This document shows positions 51,982 to 62,967 of a DNA stretch of 64,000 nucleotides, in pieces. The DNA comes from a virus. The stretch lies in the IMG/VR virus record IMGVR_UViG_3300044713_000119, positions 2,692-66,691 of that record. One strand, written 5' to 3'. The notes below the pieces were generated by a model. The model ran no database searches and was not told the DNA's origin. It saw nothing but the letters and a program-made list of their open reading frames with translations. Position 1 is the first letter of the stretch; every line of letters begins with the position of its first letter. The translations under genes and the position numbers were made by a program.

Positions 51982-54900
51982 TCAACGATGCAATCGCTTG
52001 CTCAGGGCCGCAATGTGAGCCATCCTAGTAATCCGCTCAAGTTCTGCTCGCTCTTTCGGGGTAGCTACGTCATTTACTTTTCCCAATTCCTTCTCATCAA
52101 ATCCGTGGACAGCATCTTGCAACGGTGTGAGGCGAGCCCGTTTCCTTAATACTTCCGCCTGCTTCGCAGTAAACTCTCCCTTGGTTCTCGCCGCGCTGAG
52201 CGGTCCAGAATCGCCTTTGCGCAACGCATCCAGAATATCACGCCGATCGACCCATTCTGCCATCTGGTCTGGATCTGCTGCGGCGGTCCCCATCTTTCCT
52301 TGGCGGATGTCGCCAGCTATTTTCTCGGCTCTGCTCTTCGGGAAGCTAACCCCGGCCTGCCCCCACCAAAACCTATGTTTCGCGGTATCCGATTGGGCAG
52401 CCCTGTACCCTTGGCCAACCTGTCCCGCCTGGTCGATCAGGTATTCGCGGAACTGGCGCCCGATCGTGGACCAACTTGCGTGGGGATCGTAGATGGCACG
52501 GCGGCGTCCGAAGTCAAAGTTCAAGATGCCTTCGATCAATGCCCGTGTGAGGATGTTTGGCGTGAGTACACTGCTGGCGAACTGGCCAACGGACATTTCC
52601 CCACGGGCCACTTGGCCCAGATGATCAACCAGACCGTATATGCCGCTCCGGGTAGCCTTGGCCTTTTCGTCGCCCGTAAGCTTCTTTACCGCATAGTCAG
52701 CCAGCATTCCGTACATTACGTAGGTCATCAGCACGGTCATGCCGAGCATTGTCCAAGCACGGGCGGCTTCTGCGCCTTTGCCGCCGGCACCAGGCGGCGG
52801 CTCATGTAATCCAAACATACCCTTGGCCATTTCTGGGAACACTCTCATCTGGCTTACGTGGTAAGGCGAGAACATCCACAATTCGCGACTCTGAAGAATC
52901 TTCGCTAGTTTTGCGCTGTTCAGTACTCGCGTCGGAATACGATAATCCGGCAGGTAGCGTGCGGTCTCGCGCACCCCGTCGCGGAGATCCATGCCCTCTG
53001 CTTCCTTCATGAAGGAAGATTGCAGGAAAAATAGATCATTCGTCATCCACGCGATGTCAGTCACCAGTTTCTTGTAGGGACCAAGGACAGGAACCTGTTT
53101 GAGATCAAGACCAAGCATTTCGGCAATCCGCGCCGCGTGTTGATTGCCCTCTTTCGCTTGCGCTGCGAAACTTTCAAAGAAAGACTCAGCCATCTTCTGC
53201 ATCGTCGCTTGGTGCGACATTAGCGGTCCGCCGACTGATACGCCGCGTCGATAGTCGGCATTTTGTTTCCAGACTGCGGCTACCGCCTTGTTGCCAGCTT
53301 TCGCCATCTTCACCCACTTCCAGGGGCGTAAGATATTGGGTGATTGCTCCATCGTCCAATTCGCCAAGATATTTTTTGGGTGAACGAGTGGGTTCAAAAG
53401 CATCATTGCGCGCATCACGGAACCGATCTGATCGAAAGCCGACGGGCCCGTAGTTTGGAGTTTGTCGTTGTACCAATCGAACACTTCAGCAACGTGGCTG
53501 TCCCAGTAATAACCTTTTGCCTGCGGCAGATTACTCGCACGGAATCCTTCGGGCGGCGGACCGTCGGTGCGTTTGATTCCCAAACCCTCGCCAACCAGCT
53601 TAGGCATTTCGGTATTTACAAACCGCATCGCATCGACGGCCTTTGATAATTGGAGATGGGACAGAAGGACCGAAGCCAGTGCGTTCTTGTGGTATTCAAG
53701 GTCAGTGTGTTTCTCGATTTCCTTCGTGGTCGCTTGTGTCAACTTCCATGTTCGACCGTCGGAACCTTCAAACTCCTGGCCGGGATGGGGATTGCTCAAT
53801 GCCCCCATATTTTCCGGCTGCCCATTTTTCCATGCCGTCACTTGGCCGTTCTTCACCGAAACCACCCGCCGACCACTTGGCTGCTCATCCAGCCTGCCCT
53901 GTGCTGACAGCGGCTCTGCTGCGAACATCACACGCCCCTTGGTCTGCGGAGCGCTTTGCGAGAGCATGTTCTTCGGCATGAAGCTACGTGCGCCGCTCAC
54001 GATACGATCCATGGGACCGTTCTTGCCTTTAACCTCCCGGTGAATGTAGCCCGCTGGCGCCGAGGCTGCTAGGGCTTCGTCTGAGAGTCCGCCGTCCTTC
54101 AGTTCCTGATAGAGTTTCGAATCCTCATCCATGATAGGAAGGATTGTGTCGTCAAGGAGCTCGTCTTGTTTGGGAGTGAGCGGGTTGTTCTCTGGATCTT
54201 CGCGGTGGTGGTAAATCTGTTCGTAGTCGGTAGCAGCGCTCTTGCCAAGGTCTTCTCCGATGCGCTGGGCTGTTTCGAGTGCCTCCAGTGAGCGGGCAGC
54301 ATGACGCCCTTCCAGTTCATAGAAACCGTGCTGCAACTCCTTGGCGCGCTGGTTGATGGCTATCGTGCTTTTGAGGTAGCTCTTTACCACTCCAGCAGCG
54401 TCTTTGGCTACTTCTCCGATCCTTCCGGGTTCGAGTTCGCCTTTCTCGCCACTGAAAAGATTCTCTTGGCCTTTCGGCGCGACAGCAGTGGAAGGCTTTT
54501 CTCCCGGCCGTGGTCCGATGATTTCTCCAAGGTCTCCCGCACCAAACAATCGCGGCTGTTCCTCGCGTTCTTCGCCACCAGTTAGCGCGAATGGCTCCTC
54601 TGGTTCAGCGGCAGACTTACTAACTTTCTCCAACTGGCTTTGATACACCAGTCCAGATTGCTCTTTACCCTTCGCTCCCGCGCGGAACACACGCATCACC
54701 GGCTCAGCATCTCCAAACATACTGAGTTGTTCGCCGGCAGGTTCCGAGCGGAAGCCTTTTGACTTCGCCCACTCTGCAAGTTCTTCGTCAGTTAGCCCTG
54801 GGGTTGCGGCTGCAAAGGCAGGAGTTCTTTCAGGAGTGCCAGTCCCTTGCCCGAGTTCTGATCTTGTAAGGTCAGGCTCAGTGCCTGGCGCTCTACCTCT

Positions 54901-57900
54901 TTCAAGTTCGCCTCGGTTGGTTCCTGTTTGAACTGTTCCGCTGCTGCCCGTAGTTTCTTTTCCCGATCCTGCGCGAATAGTGTCTTCGATGATCTTCCGC
55001 GCGACTGCGCGGCGCTCGGGTTCGTCGGCTGTGATTCCATACTGTTCTCTGAGTTGCTTGGCATAGTCAAGGACTCCTAAAGCATCGTTCAGTGGTTTGA
55101 TGCCGCTCTGCTCTACTAGCGCTTCAAAATATGCTTTGGTGGCCGATTCTACATCAGCATCGCTTTCCCCGGTTTCTTGTCCGGTAACGAGATCAATAGC
55201 AACTTCGGCGGCTACTCCGTCCGGGGTAGGGTTGATTCCTGCGTGGCGCATAGTTGCGGCGACGTTCTGCCCGATACGACGGAACGAGACATTCTGGGCT
55301 ACGCGGTCAACCGGGACACCTTTCTCTAGATTACCGCCCCCTGGACGGCGCTGCATGGCTGCGTGGAGGAGTTCTTCTTCAACTACATCGGCTTCGCGGG
55401 CCGGGTCGAGATCGGCGCGAACAACTGTCAGACCATCATTAGAATCTGAGACCTGCACCATGGCGTGCGACAACTCGGTCAGCCGCTTGGCTGCTTCCGT
55501 CATCCCTTTACGTTCCATGTCATCAGCGTAGGCTGCTACGCGGTCAGCATAGTACCCGACATTTCCGGGTGCGAGGCTCACGCCGCCGAAGCGCACACCT
55601 ACTGCGCGGTGCAGGATCATCATCGCTTCAGGACTGAGCCGGAGGTAGCCGGGCAATCCGCCTTTTGGCTGAACGATGTCAAACGTCGCTTTGCTGGCAT
55701 CGCCGGGCTGGATAGGTCCAGTGGCAGGACGAAATAGCGGCTGGCCTTCATAGAGGACAGACTGCTTCATCTCAGGAGTGATTTCGATGGAGTGAACTGT
55801 GGGCCGATTCTTTTCCACGTAGGGATGGCCAGAAGGATACTTCTCGTACTCAGAGGGTGGCATGTCAGCCAACGGGATGACGCTGGTTCCGATCTTCGCA
55901 CCGAATTTCTTGCCGTACTTTGAGAGGAAGTTAGGAATAGCGCGGTCGTAGAGAGCATCAGCCCACTTGCCGCCGACCTTGAGGTCTTGGCCTTCGAGTT
56001 CGTGCCACTTGCTTGTGACGCCTTCACCGTATTTGATCTGCCTCGGCGCGCCGTTGACAAGTTTCTCGGCTGCGTCTTTGCCGATGTAATCAGCCAGTTG
56101 CTCCTTTGGAACGACTTTATCAACCGCGCGGTTTCCCTCTTTGTCGAAAGCAATCAGGCGGTTCGTATCCGCTTCCCACTCGACTTTACTGACCTGCTTC
56201 GAGAGATCATACCGCTCCGCTGTCTGCGCTCCAGTGACCCAAGCCAGTTTGTCGTAACCGCCCTCTGCTGCTTTCCTTAACATGGTCTTCATCGCCAGTT
56301 CGTGCCAGTCTTTCGGGAACGGGTGCGCAGGAACTTTTCCTGCTTCCGTGCGCTGTGCGTCTGCATACATCGCGTTCGCGTCCTGGTAATTGTGGATGGC
56401 AGTGAGTTCGTCTGGCTTTGCGAGTTCAGCACCGCTGAGCTGATGGCGCATTAAGTCCATCGCGCCATCTTTTGTGGGAGCACCCATCATCACATGGTTA
56501 AACCGGTCAACGATGAGCCAGCGCCGTTCTGGCGGATTGGTGGTAGCTTCTTGCAGTTTGTAGGGAACGATGTGCTGGCCGTCTTCTCGGACGTACATGC
56601 CGACCGTGTTGAGATGAAGCCCATGATCCACCAGAGTTTTCTCTGCGGCAATCGCCTTTTGCCTTGCGTCGACGAGTTCTAGCCCACCGGCATAACCCGA
56701 GCGTTTGCCTTTTTGCGCCCAGTCACTCTGTACTTCTTCCACCAGTAGAATCGGCTTCCCATCGGCATCAGTGCGCTCGTCAAATCTTACGTGTGCGAGG
56801 ATGTTGCGCTCTTCGAAGTGAGATGACTTGAACTGAGACGCGCCCTGCTTGTCTCGCAGTTTCTGCATCTCACGCTGAGCGTCTTGGAATTTAAGTTCAA
56901 CATCTCCGGGGACGGGCAGACCAGCGCCAAGGAACGATTCGCGCATCCTTTCTGCCTGCTGGAACCGTTGGCCAGCCTCGCGCATGGCTGCACCACCTTG
57001 GGCATCCGTTGGCAGCGTGAGCAGCACTTCTGTGTAGTTCTTCTTTGGGCCAGGGAGAGTGTACGAGACATACTTTGTTTCGCCGGTGCCACGCCGCACT
57101 AGACCGCCCGCATTATCCGAAACCATTTCAGAAATGCCAGACTTGCTAATCTCTCTGATTCCCACCAAGTTCGCCATGATGTACTTCAGCACATCAGCTT
57201 TCTTTACATGGAACTTATTCCCCAGAAAGTCATCCAGCCCCATCCATTTGATCTCGTCTTCTTTCACTCCTGCATTGCGTAACGTGGAAAGCATGGAGGA
57301 ACCAGTACCAGAGTTCGGAAGTTTCTCAAAGGCAACGCGAGCGGCTTTCTGGTAGAACGGCGGAGCTAGGCGTTCTTTGGTTTCTTCTGGAGAGAAGAGG
57401 TTAGTTGCTGGTGCTCCTTCAGGTCGTTCAGCACTTCGTCCTTCTGTTTGGCCGAGAGTTTTGGATACTTCGGCCCTGATCCGTTGGTAGACATCGGATT
57501 TGACTGCTGTGCCATTGTCACCATCTGCAAGTCGTGCGGCCGCTTCGTCCAACACTGTCGAGATAGGCCCACCACGACTGCTGAGTTTATTATAAACCTC
57601 TTCTGCCTGAGCAGCACCAGAAGATATTTCTCTCGACTTCTCTACGTCGATTTTGTTGCCGGCGCGGGCCAGTTCCGTGGCGCGGCCTTCTTTCGCAACA
57701 AACCCGAATAGCTTCTTGTCCTTCGCCAGTTGCGATTTGATGTAGTCGGAGATTTCGGCTTTTTCTAAGGCCAGCGAACGGGTAATCTGCTGTGAGCCAA
57801 ACAGGTCCGCAGTGGTCTCTTCGGCTTTGCCTGAGCCTTTCACCAACCGAATCAGTTCTGAAAGCACTCCGTCTGAGACTTTCGCGCCACCACGTTCTTT

Positions 57901-60900
57901 GCGCTCTACCAGCGATAGGATAGCTTTCTGCTCGGCGTGATCATCTGTCGCTTCGCCAATCGCCACAGCGCGTCCGATACGTACGTCGCCAGCCACTACT
58001 TTCGAGAAGATGGCGAGATCGAGTTTTGATAGTGCCAGGCCATCGGCTGCGGTCTTCTCACCGAGCGAGATTCCTTTTGCCTTGAAATCTTCAACCGTGG
58101 TTCCCGTATCCCGCAGAAACTTCGCTGCGTCAATGGCTGTACCGCGGCCTTCGGCAATGTTCTGCATCGCGCCGATCGCTCTCGCGGCGGTCGCATCCGA
58201 AGCAACGATGTGACGTACTGTGACTGTCTTCTGGCCGGTTCGCTTCGCGAGTTCGTACCGATGATGTCCGTTGACCGTATAAAACTTTCCATCAGTTGGA
58301 TCGCGCCAGACGGAGATCACGTTCGCCAGGTCTGGGTTGTAGACTTTCGTGTCTTTAAGGAGAGTGCTTACGCCTTCGGCATCGGTGGAGAGTTTGTACT
58401 GGAATTTGTGAGGAGCAACGTGGAGATCCCGCGTGGCCATCTCGCCCACTTTGCCAGGAGCGACTTCACCTCGGGCAAGTGGCGGCTTTTCTGCGCGAAC
58501 CTGTTGCCCAATATCTGGTCCTGTTTCTATCGAGTGATCAAAGCCATGTTGGGTTATTTCACGGCGCGGCGGGAAAACACCTTCGGGCTTCTTGCCTTCG
58601 AGCTTCACTTCCTCCTGTTTGCCGTCGCGGTCCGTGATCGAGATTGAGTTGACTGGAAACTTGGCACCATGGGTAAGACTCATTCCCACATAGCGGCCTG
58701 CGGCTTCTGGTTTCACATACGCGATCGTTGCGTGGGGCTTGTACTCCCCAAAGTCTGATTTCTTGAAGTCGCCATGCTTCTCCAGTTCTTTGTTGATCTC
58801 ATGGAGTTGGGGTGCATTCACCGGCGCCTGGATTACTGCTGCGCCTTCGGAGTGCTCTGTTGGTTCAAACTTCTCTGTGCGCCCAAGGCTCGCTTCGAAG
58901 GGTTTCAACGAGGCGATGTAAGTTTTCAGTTCTTCGAGCTTGTCGTCGTCTGCGGCCTTCAGTCCGTACTTCACCGTCAGATGATTTCCGCCAACGTCTT
59001 TTCCTTTGCCGGCGAGATCGGATTCCGAGACACGTCCCCTAGCGGCTTCTAGAGCGTGGTGAGCTTCCGACTCTGCGGGGATGTTGACCTGGGTGGAACG
59101 ATACTTGAACTCTTTTTCACCTTCGGCAACTGGCTTTGCCACTTCCTCAACCTTCGAGGGACCAGCAACTGATTCACTAGCACGCTCAGGTAGTACCGCA
59201 GATTCACTCTCAAACTTCCTGTCAAAGTCGTACGCCTCCTGTAAGGGTTTTGTTCCTGGCTTCCAGCTCTTCGCATCCCCTGGCCACACGCGGCCGTTGT
59301 AGGAGACGTGGCCAACCAGTTTTCCCTGCGGGTCGAAAATCTCACCCGAGCCTTCACCCATGGCTTCGCCGCCGAGGTCGTACTTATCGCGGTAAAGTTG
59401 TAGCGCCGCAGACGCCTGCTCGGCGGATTCTACCCCCACCTTCAACGAGGGGGCACCTTCACCGCTCAGGGTGATGTAGTGCTTTCCCGCTTTCGCCGGC
59501 ACCAACGCCATCTGTTTCTTTTTTAACTCCTCGGCAGCTTCCGGTCCCAACACTTCTTGCGGCTGCGCAGTAAACGATTTTACAGTCTCCAAATAGCGTT
59601 TCGGGACTGTGACCGAAGACGCCTCGCTCTGCATCCAAGGGAGTTTTGTCGGTTTCTCAAACTTCACTCTGAGCGTTACTGGTCCACCGCGATCTGAGAG
59701 ATCAGAGAAGTGAGTGACAGTGGCAGGAACAGAACCTACTTGGACGGAGGAGCCTTTGGAGAAAGTTGAAGGCTGCGGAGCTTGCGTGCCGACAGAAAGA
59801 TTCCGTCCCTCGCCAGTCCCCGCGACAACTCCCGTTTGTTGTCCAGCATCGCCAGCGACTCCCGCAAGGTCTCGTTCTGTAGGATGAATTGCTCCGTGCT
59901 CTCCGACCGTGACAGGATTCTCGGTCGCTTGGTTAGCCTCTGTAGCTTGCGACCCACGAATCGGTTCACCTGTTCCATTGAGCACTTCAGCGCGGTTAGC
60001 ATGTTCGGATTCTACTGGAATCGGCTCTGAGGAAACAATCTTTGTTTCGTCACTCGGAATGTCTTCTACTTTCGTGATCTCCGGTCGGCTAAGTTCTTCT
60101 GCGCGCTCCCGGGCACTGACACGTTTTCCCGCCGGCGCTGGCTTCGCAGCCTCTTTTGCCGCTGTCTCCACCGCCTTCTGAGCTTCCTGAGCAGCAGCGT
60201 CTTGCCTCGAGACTTCATCGTTTAAAACCCTCTGGGCGACGGTATTTGCCTGGTCAGCGTTTTTGATCAGTTCAAGTTTGCCGTCGACCACCATGCGCCC
60301 CTGCTTTAAGAGCACATTGGCTAACGTCTGGTGAGCCTCCAGCATCCCTTGAGCACGTAAGGGGGGCGGAAGCTTGGCAAGTGCGTGCCCAACGCCTTGT
60401 ATGGTCTCCTGAGAGATATGGCCGGCTTGGACATCTGGCGGAGGCGGTGGGCCCGTCGGTGGGGCTGGTGGAGGCGGTTCGACTGCGGGAAGCCCACGAA
60501 CCACTCTGGCAGCCTGGGTGCTGCTTCTGGCAGCGGCAGCCATCGACGCGCCTGCATCTCCTTCGATGGTGGGAGGTTCTAAGGCTGGTGCTCGAGATCC
60601 ACCATTACGGGGAATACTGACACTGCCTTCGAATGGACCTACCCGGGCCCGGGCGGCAAAGGCTTCTGGGGTGACGGCACCGGCGATACCTACTCTTCCC
60701 TCAAGTGCGCTGGCAGCGCCGCGGGTGCCTTCTGGACCAGATTCAAGGCCGCCGCGAACTCCAAGCAGTCCGCCGGCTACGCTTGGCGCCCAGAATGCCA
60801 ACTCCTGCGCTAGAGCTTTGGTTCCCTCGGAGACTTTCAGCGCATCGGCCGCTTTGCCAGCACCGTAGCGCGCCGCGAGACCGGTTCCGACACCGGCAAT

Positions 60901-61527
60901 GGCTGGCAGGCTTACCGCCGCTTCGGGCGCTGCCGCAATCGCGAATGGCGTCAGTGCTTGGCCGGTGCCGCCTACAACGTCAGCAATCCCTTTTGCGCGC
61001 GTGTCCCAAGACGGCTCTGGTTGCGTCGGCAGCGGAACAGCCGCGTTGAATCCTCGCGCCGCCCTCGCGCCGCCCTCCGCCACCATGCGGCGGAACGTGC
61101 CTTCGGCTGCAGTATCTTCCGGGGTTGGATTCAGTTCAGGACGTCGCAGGTCTGGCTGCGGCGTGACAACCGGAGCAAGATTGCCAGGGGAGAGCGCAGG
61201 CGTAGGAACTGGAGTAATCTGGTTGCCCACCGGCGGGGGTGCTAACCGTTCTGCCTTCTGGCGAGCGAACAGGCGAAACGGCGCACCGGCAGTACGCTCT
61301 TCTTCTTGGGTGGCTGCGCCCTGGTGGGGCGGAGCAAAGCTAAGGCTGGCGGGTCCTTCTGAGCTTACTGGGGAGGGAGTAGGGCGGGTAACGCGCGCTA
61401 GGGCAGCATCAGAACGAGACTGCCGGGCGGCAGTGCCAGGAATGTCTTCAACCGAGGTGATCTTGAACTTCGGATCAACTGGAATCGGCTGGACGTCAGT
61501 GATTGCAAGCGTTTCGGAATCGCCCAC
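51982..61527 (-). CDS. Giant polyvalent virion/ejection protein (2H phosphoesterase, ParB-like, EExQSDW domain, degenerate zincin-like, LPD-like C-terminus)
   Basis: 3181 aa after the ejection genes; HLT...HAT 2H motifs; VNGHHR ParB-like motif; LVEEVQSDW; EEELLH; VSYNGRVW module. Confidence 0.85.
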   Translation of the reverse strand: MGDSETLAITDVQPIPVDPKFKITSVEDIPGTAARQSRSDAALARVTRPTPSPVSSEGPASLSFAPPHQGAATQEEERTAGAPFRLFARQKAERLAPPPVGNQITPVPTPALSPGNLAPVVTPQPDLRRPELNPTPEDTAAEGTFRRMVAEGGARAARGFNAAVPLPTQPEPSWDTRAKGIADVVGGTGQALTPFAIAAAPEAAVSLPAIAGVGTGLAARYGAGKAADALKVSEGTKALAQELAFWAPSVAGGLLGVRGGLESGPEGTRGAASALEGRVGIAGAVTPEAFAARARVGPFEGSVSIPRNGGSRAPALEPPTIEGDAGASMAAAARSSTQAARVVRGLPAVEPPPPAPPTGPPPPPDVQAGHISQETIQGVGHALAKLPPPLRAQGMLEAHQTLANVLLKQGRMVVDGKLELIKNADQANTVAQRVLNDEVSRQDAAAQEAQKAVETAAKEAAKPAPAGKRVSARERAEELSRPEITKVEDIPSDETKIVSSEPIPVESEHANRAEVLNGTGEPIRGSQATEANQATENPVTVGEHGAIHPTERDLAGVAGDAGQQTGVVAGTGEGRNLSVGTQAPQPSTFSKGSSVQVGSVPATVTHFSDLSDRGGPVTLRVKFEKPTKLPWMQSEASSVTVPKRYLETVKSFTAQPQEVLGPEAAEELKKKQMALVPAKAGKHYITLSGEGAPSLKVGVESAEQASAALQLYRDKYDLGGEAMGEGSGEIFDPQGKLVGHVSYNGRVWPGDAKSWKPGTKPLQEAYDFDRKFESESAVLPERASESVAGPSKVEEVAKPVAEGEKEFKYRSTQVNIPAESEAHHALEAARGRVSESDLAGKGKDVGGNHLTVKYGLKAADDDKLEELKTYIASLKPFEASLGRTEKFEPTEHSEGAAVIQAPVNAPQLHEINKELEKHGDFKKSDFGEYKPHATIAYVKPEAAGRYVGMSLTHGAKFPVNSISITDRDGKQEEVKLEGKKPEGVFPPRREITQHGFDHSIETGPDIGQQVRAEKPPLARGEVAPGKVGEMATRDLHVAPHKFQYKLSTDAEGVSTLLKDTKVYNPDLANVISVWRDPTDGKFYTVNGHHRYELAKRTGQKTVTVRHIVASDATAARAIGAMQNIAEGRGTAIDAAKFLRDTGTTVEDFKAKGISLGEKTAADGLALSKLDLAIFSKVVAGDVRIGRAVAIGEATDDHAEQKAILSLVERKERGGAKVSDGVLSELIRLVKGSGKAEETTADLFGSQQITRSLALEKAEISDYIKSQLAKDKKLFGFVAKEGRATELARAGNKIDVEKSREISSGAAQAEEVYNKLSSRGGPISTVLDEAAARLADGDNGTAVKSDVYQRIRAEVSKTLGQTEGRSAERPEGAPATNLFSPEETKERLAPPFYQKAARVAFEKLPNSGTGSSMLSTLRNAGVKEDEIKWMGLDDFLGNKFHVKKADVLKYIMANLVGIREISKSGISEMVSDNAGGLVRRGTGETKYVSYTLPGPKKNYTEVLLTLPTDAQGGAAMREAGQRFQQAERMRESFLGAGLPVPGDVELKFQDAQREMQKLRDKQGASQFKSSHFEERNILAHVRFDERTDADGKPILLVEEVQSDWAQKGKRSGYAGGLELVDARQKAIAAEKTLVDHGLHLNTVGMYVREDGQHIVPYKLQEATTNPPERRWLIVDRFNHVMMGAPTKDGAMDLMRHQLSGAELAKPDELTAIHNYQDANAMYADAQRTEAGKVPAHPFPKDWHELAMKTMLRKAAEGGYDKLAWVTGAQTAERYDLSKQVSKVEWEADTNRLIAFDKEGNRAVDKVVPKEQLADYIGKDAAEKLVNGAPRQIKYGEGVTSKWHELEGQDLKVGGKWADALYDRAIPNFLSKYGKKFGAKIGTSVIPLADMPPSEYEKYPSGHPYVEKNRPTVHSIEITPEMKQSVLYEGQPLFRPATGPIQPGDASKATFDIVQPKGGLPGYLRLSPEAMMILHRAVGVRFGGVSLAPGNVGYYADRVAAYADDMERKGMTEAAKRLTELSHAMVQVSDSNDGLTVVRADLDPAREADVVEEELLHAAMQRRPGGGNLEKGVPVDRVAQNVSFRRIGQNVAATMRHAGINPTPDGVAAEVAIDLVTGQETGESDADVESATKAYFEALVEQSGIKPLNDALGVLDYAKQLREQYGITADEPERRAVARKIIEDTIRAGSGKETTGSSGTVQTGTNRGELERGRAPGTEPDLTRSELGQGTGTPERTPAFAAATPGLTDEELAEWAKSKGFRSEPAGEQLSMFGDAEPVMRVFRAGAKGKEQSGLVYQSQLEKVSKSAAEPEEPFALTGGEEREEQPRLFGAGDLGEIIGPRPGEKPSTAVAPKGQENLFSGEKGELEPGRIGEVAKDAAGVVKSYLKSTIAINQRAKELQHGFYELEGRHAARSLEALETAQRIGEDLGKSAATDYEQIYHHREDPENNPLTPKQDELLDDTILPIMDEDSKLYQELKDGGLSDEALAASAPAGYIHREVKGKNGPMDRIVSGARSFMPKNMLSQSAPQTKGRVMFAAEPLSAQGRLDEQPSGRRVVSVKNGQVTAWKNGQPENMGALSNPHPGQEFEGSDGRTWKLTQATTKEIEKHTDLEYHKNALASVLLSHLQLSKAVDAMRFVNTEMPKLVGEGLGIKRTDGPPPEGFRASNLPQAKGYYWDSHVAEVFDWYNDKLQTTGPSAFDQIGSVMRAMMLLNPLVHPKNILANWTMEQSPNILRPWKWVKMAKAGNKAVAAVWKQNADYRRGVSVGGPLMSHQATMQKMAESFFESFAAQAKEGNQHAARIAEMLGLDLKQVPVLGPYKKLVTDIAWMTNDLFFLQSSFMKEAEGMDLRDGVRETARYLPDYRIPTRVLNSAKLAKILQSRELWMFSPYHVSQMRVFPEMAKGMFGLHEPPPGAGGKGAEAARAWTMLGMTVLMTYVMYGMLADYAVKKLTGDEKAKATRSGIYGLVDHLGQVARGEMSVGQFASSVLTPNILTRALIEGILNFDFGRRRAIYDPHASWSTIGRQFREYLIDQAGQVGQGYRAAQSDTAKHRFWWGQAGVSFPKSRAEKIAGDIRQGKMGTAAADPDQMAEWVDRRDILDALRKGDSGPLSAARTKGEFTAKQAEVLRKRARLTPLQDAVHGFDEKELGKVNDVATPKERAELERITRMAHIAALSKRLHR

Positions 61528-61602
61528 ACTTATTTACTCGTCTGTTCCTTAATGCGTTCTTCTGCCGCTACAGTGTCAAGATCCTCAGCCGAAGGGAGCC
61601 GC

Positions 61603-62967
61603 TCACTTCTTGGTACTAGGAACGGGCGTAATGGTCTTTCCGTCGGTTGAGACGTCGTACTGTTTTCCGCCTGCGGTAATTCGTTGTCCATAATGTTCAG
61701 GCTTGATCTGACTTGCGAGACCTGGAGGAACGGCATTTGCCGCGCCGGGTGCTCCCGCTTTGCGGCGCGAGAGAATGCTTTGTTCTGCGGCATCGATCTT
61801 GCCGTGCGTGTCTTCGAGTTCCTGATCGATCGCGGCCAGCGCTTTCTTATCGGCTTCGTTGTCTGAGCCGACATAGAGCGCACGCTGTTTCTCAAGCGCA
61901 TCAATTCGTGGCTGATAACGTCGGGTCTGTGCGTTGAAATCGCGCTGTTCGGTCGGACTCATTCCGTTTGTATCGGTCGGCGCTCGCTCCGCTTGGTGGA
62001 ACGAAAGTTCCTTCTGGTACATTGTGTCGCCAAGTTTGGTGAGCCTCTCCGCTTCCTTGGGATCGGTCGCCACCGAGGCCGCGGAATAAGCATCCTGCCA
62101 AGTCTTTGGGAGCTTCGGTGTCGCTGTGGCCGACTTCGGCGTAAACGGTTTCGTCTCTCCGCCTACAGTTGTCGCAGTCCAGCCCGTTGGCGATGCGGGA
62201 TCCTCTTGCTCACTGCCCGCAATAAACTTGCCTTCTTTGTTTTTGATGTCCTGAGCGTGAGTTTCGAGGTAAGACAACCGTCCCGTTGTCGCTGCGCGCT
62301 GTGTGCTCTCTCTCGCGGTTTGCAGGCGGTTCTCGAAGTCAGTCTGCGGAAGTTTGGCTTGCTGCTCGGCCAGCGGAATCCCAACGTTGCGCTCGTAGTT
62401 GAGTTGGTCTTCAAGGCCAGCATGCTTGCTTTCGTAATCGGTTCTCGCGCGGTTATATGGCCCATTCAGTAACGCATCCACCGCCATCGGTGCGTTGTGG
62501 CCAGCGAGTGCTCCCACAGGAACGGCTAACGCTTTTTTCCACCATGCAGGCTTGTAATCCGCCCGCAATGGAGCTTTGAGGTCGCGCATCTGGTCCGCAA
62601 CCCCACTCGCGCGTTCGCGTTCGGCAGCGAGTGTTTTCCCAAGCGTGTCATAGTTCGGCGGGGTTGGTAGTGGAGACATCTGTAACGCCGGATCGTCAGA
62701 TGGCGAACCTGCTGGCGGTCGTAGCGGAGGGACTGGGGAAGGCATGGCTGGTGCTGTAGGTGCTGGAGTCGCTCCCCCGAGTGCAGCAGCACCTGGACCA
62801 GCACCAGCCAACATGGGCGCACCGGCACCGGGCGCAACTGCAGGCACTCCAGCGGGAGCAGCAGAGACAGCCGCGCCTGTCGGATCCTGCGGCGGCGGAG
62901 GCGCTCCAGGTCTTCCGGCTAACAACTGCCGTAGAGAATCCGGTAGGTCAGGCGTTACCCAAGCCAC
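61603..62967 (-). CDS. Putative DNA ejection / internal virion protein
   Basis: 454 aa; Pro/Ala-rich N-terminus, hydrophobic hairpin (KPAWWKKALAVPVGALAG), coiled coils. Confidence 0.6.
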   Translation of the reverse strand: MAWVTPDLPDSLRQLLAGRPGAPPPPQDPTGAAVSAAPAGVPAVAPGAGAPMLAGAGPGAAALGGATPAPTAPAMPSPVPPLRPPAGSPSDDPALQMSPLPTPPNYDTLGKTLAAERERASGVADQMRDLKAPLRADYKPAWWKKALAVPVGALAGHNAPMAVDALLNGPYNRARTDYESKHAGLEDQLNYERNVGIPLAEQQAKLPQTDFENRLQTARESTQRAATTGRLSYLETHAQDIKNKEGKFIAGSEQEDPASPTGWTATTVGGETKPFTPKSATATPKLPKTWQDAYSAASVATDPKEAERLTKLGDTMYQKELSFHQAERAPTDTNGMSPTEQRDFNAQTRRYQPRIDALEKQRALYVGSDNEADKKALAAIDQELEDTHGKIDAAEQSILSRRKAGAPGAANAVPPGLASQIKPEHYGQRITAGGKQYDVSTDGKTITPVPSTKK

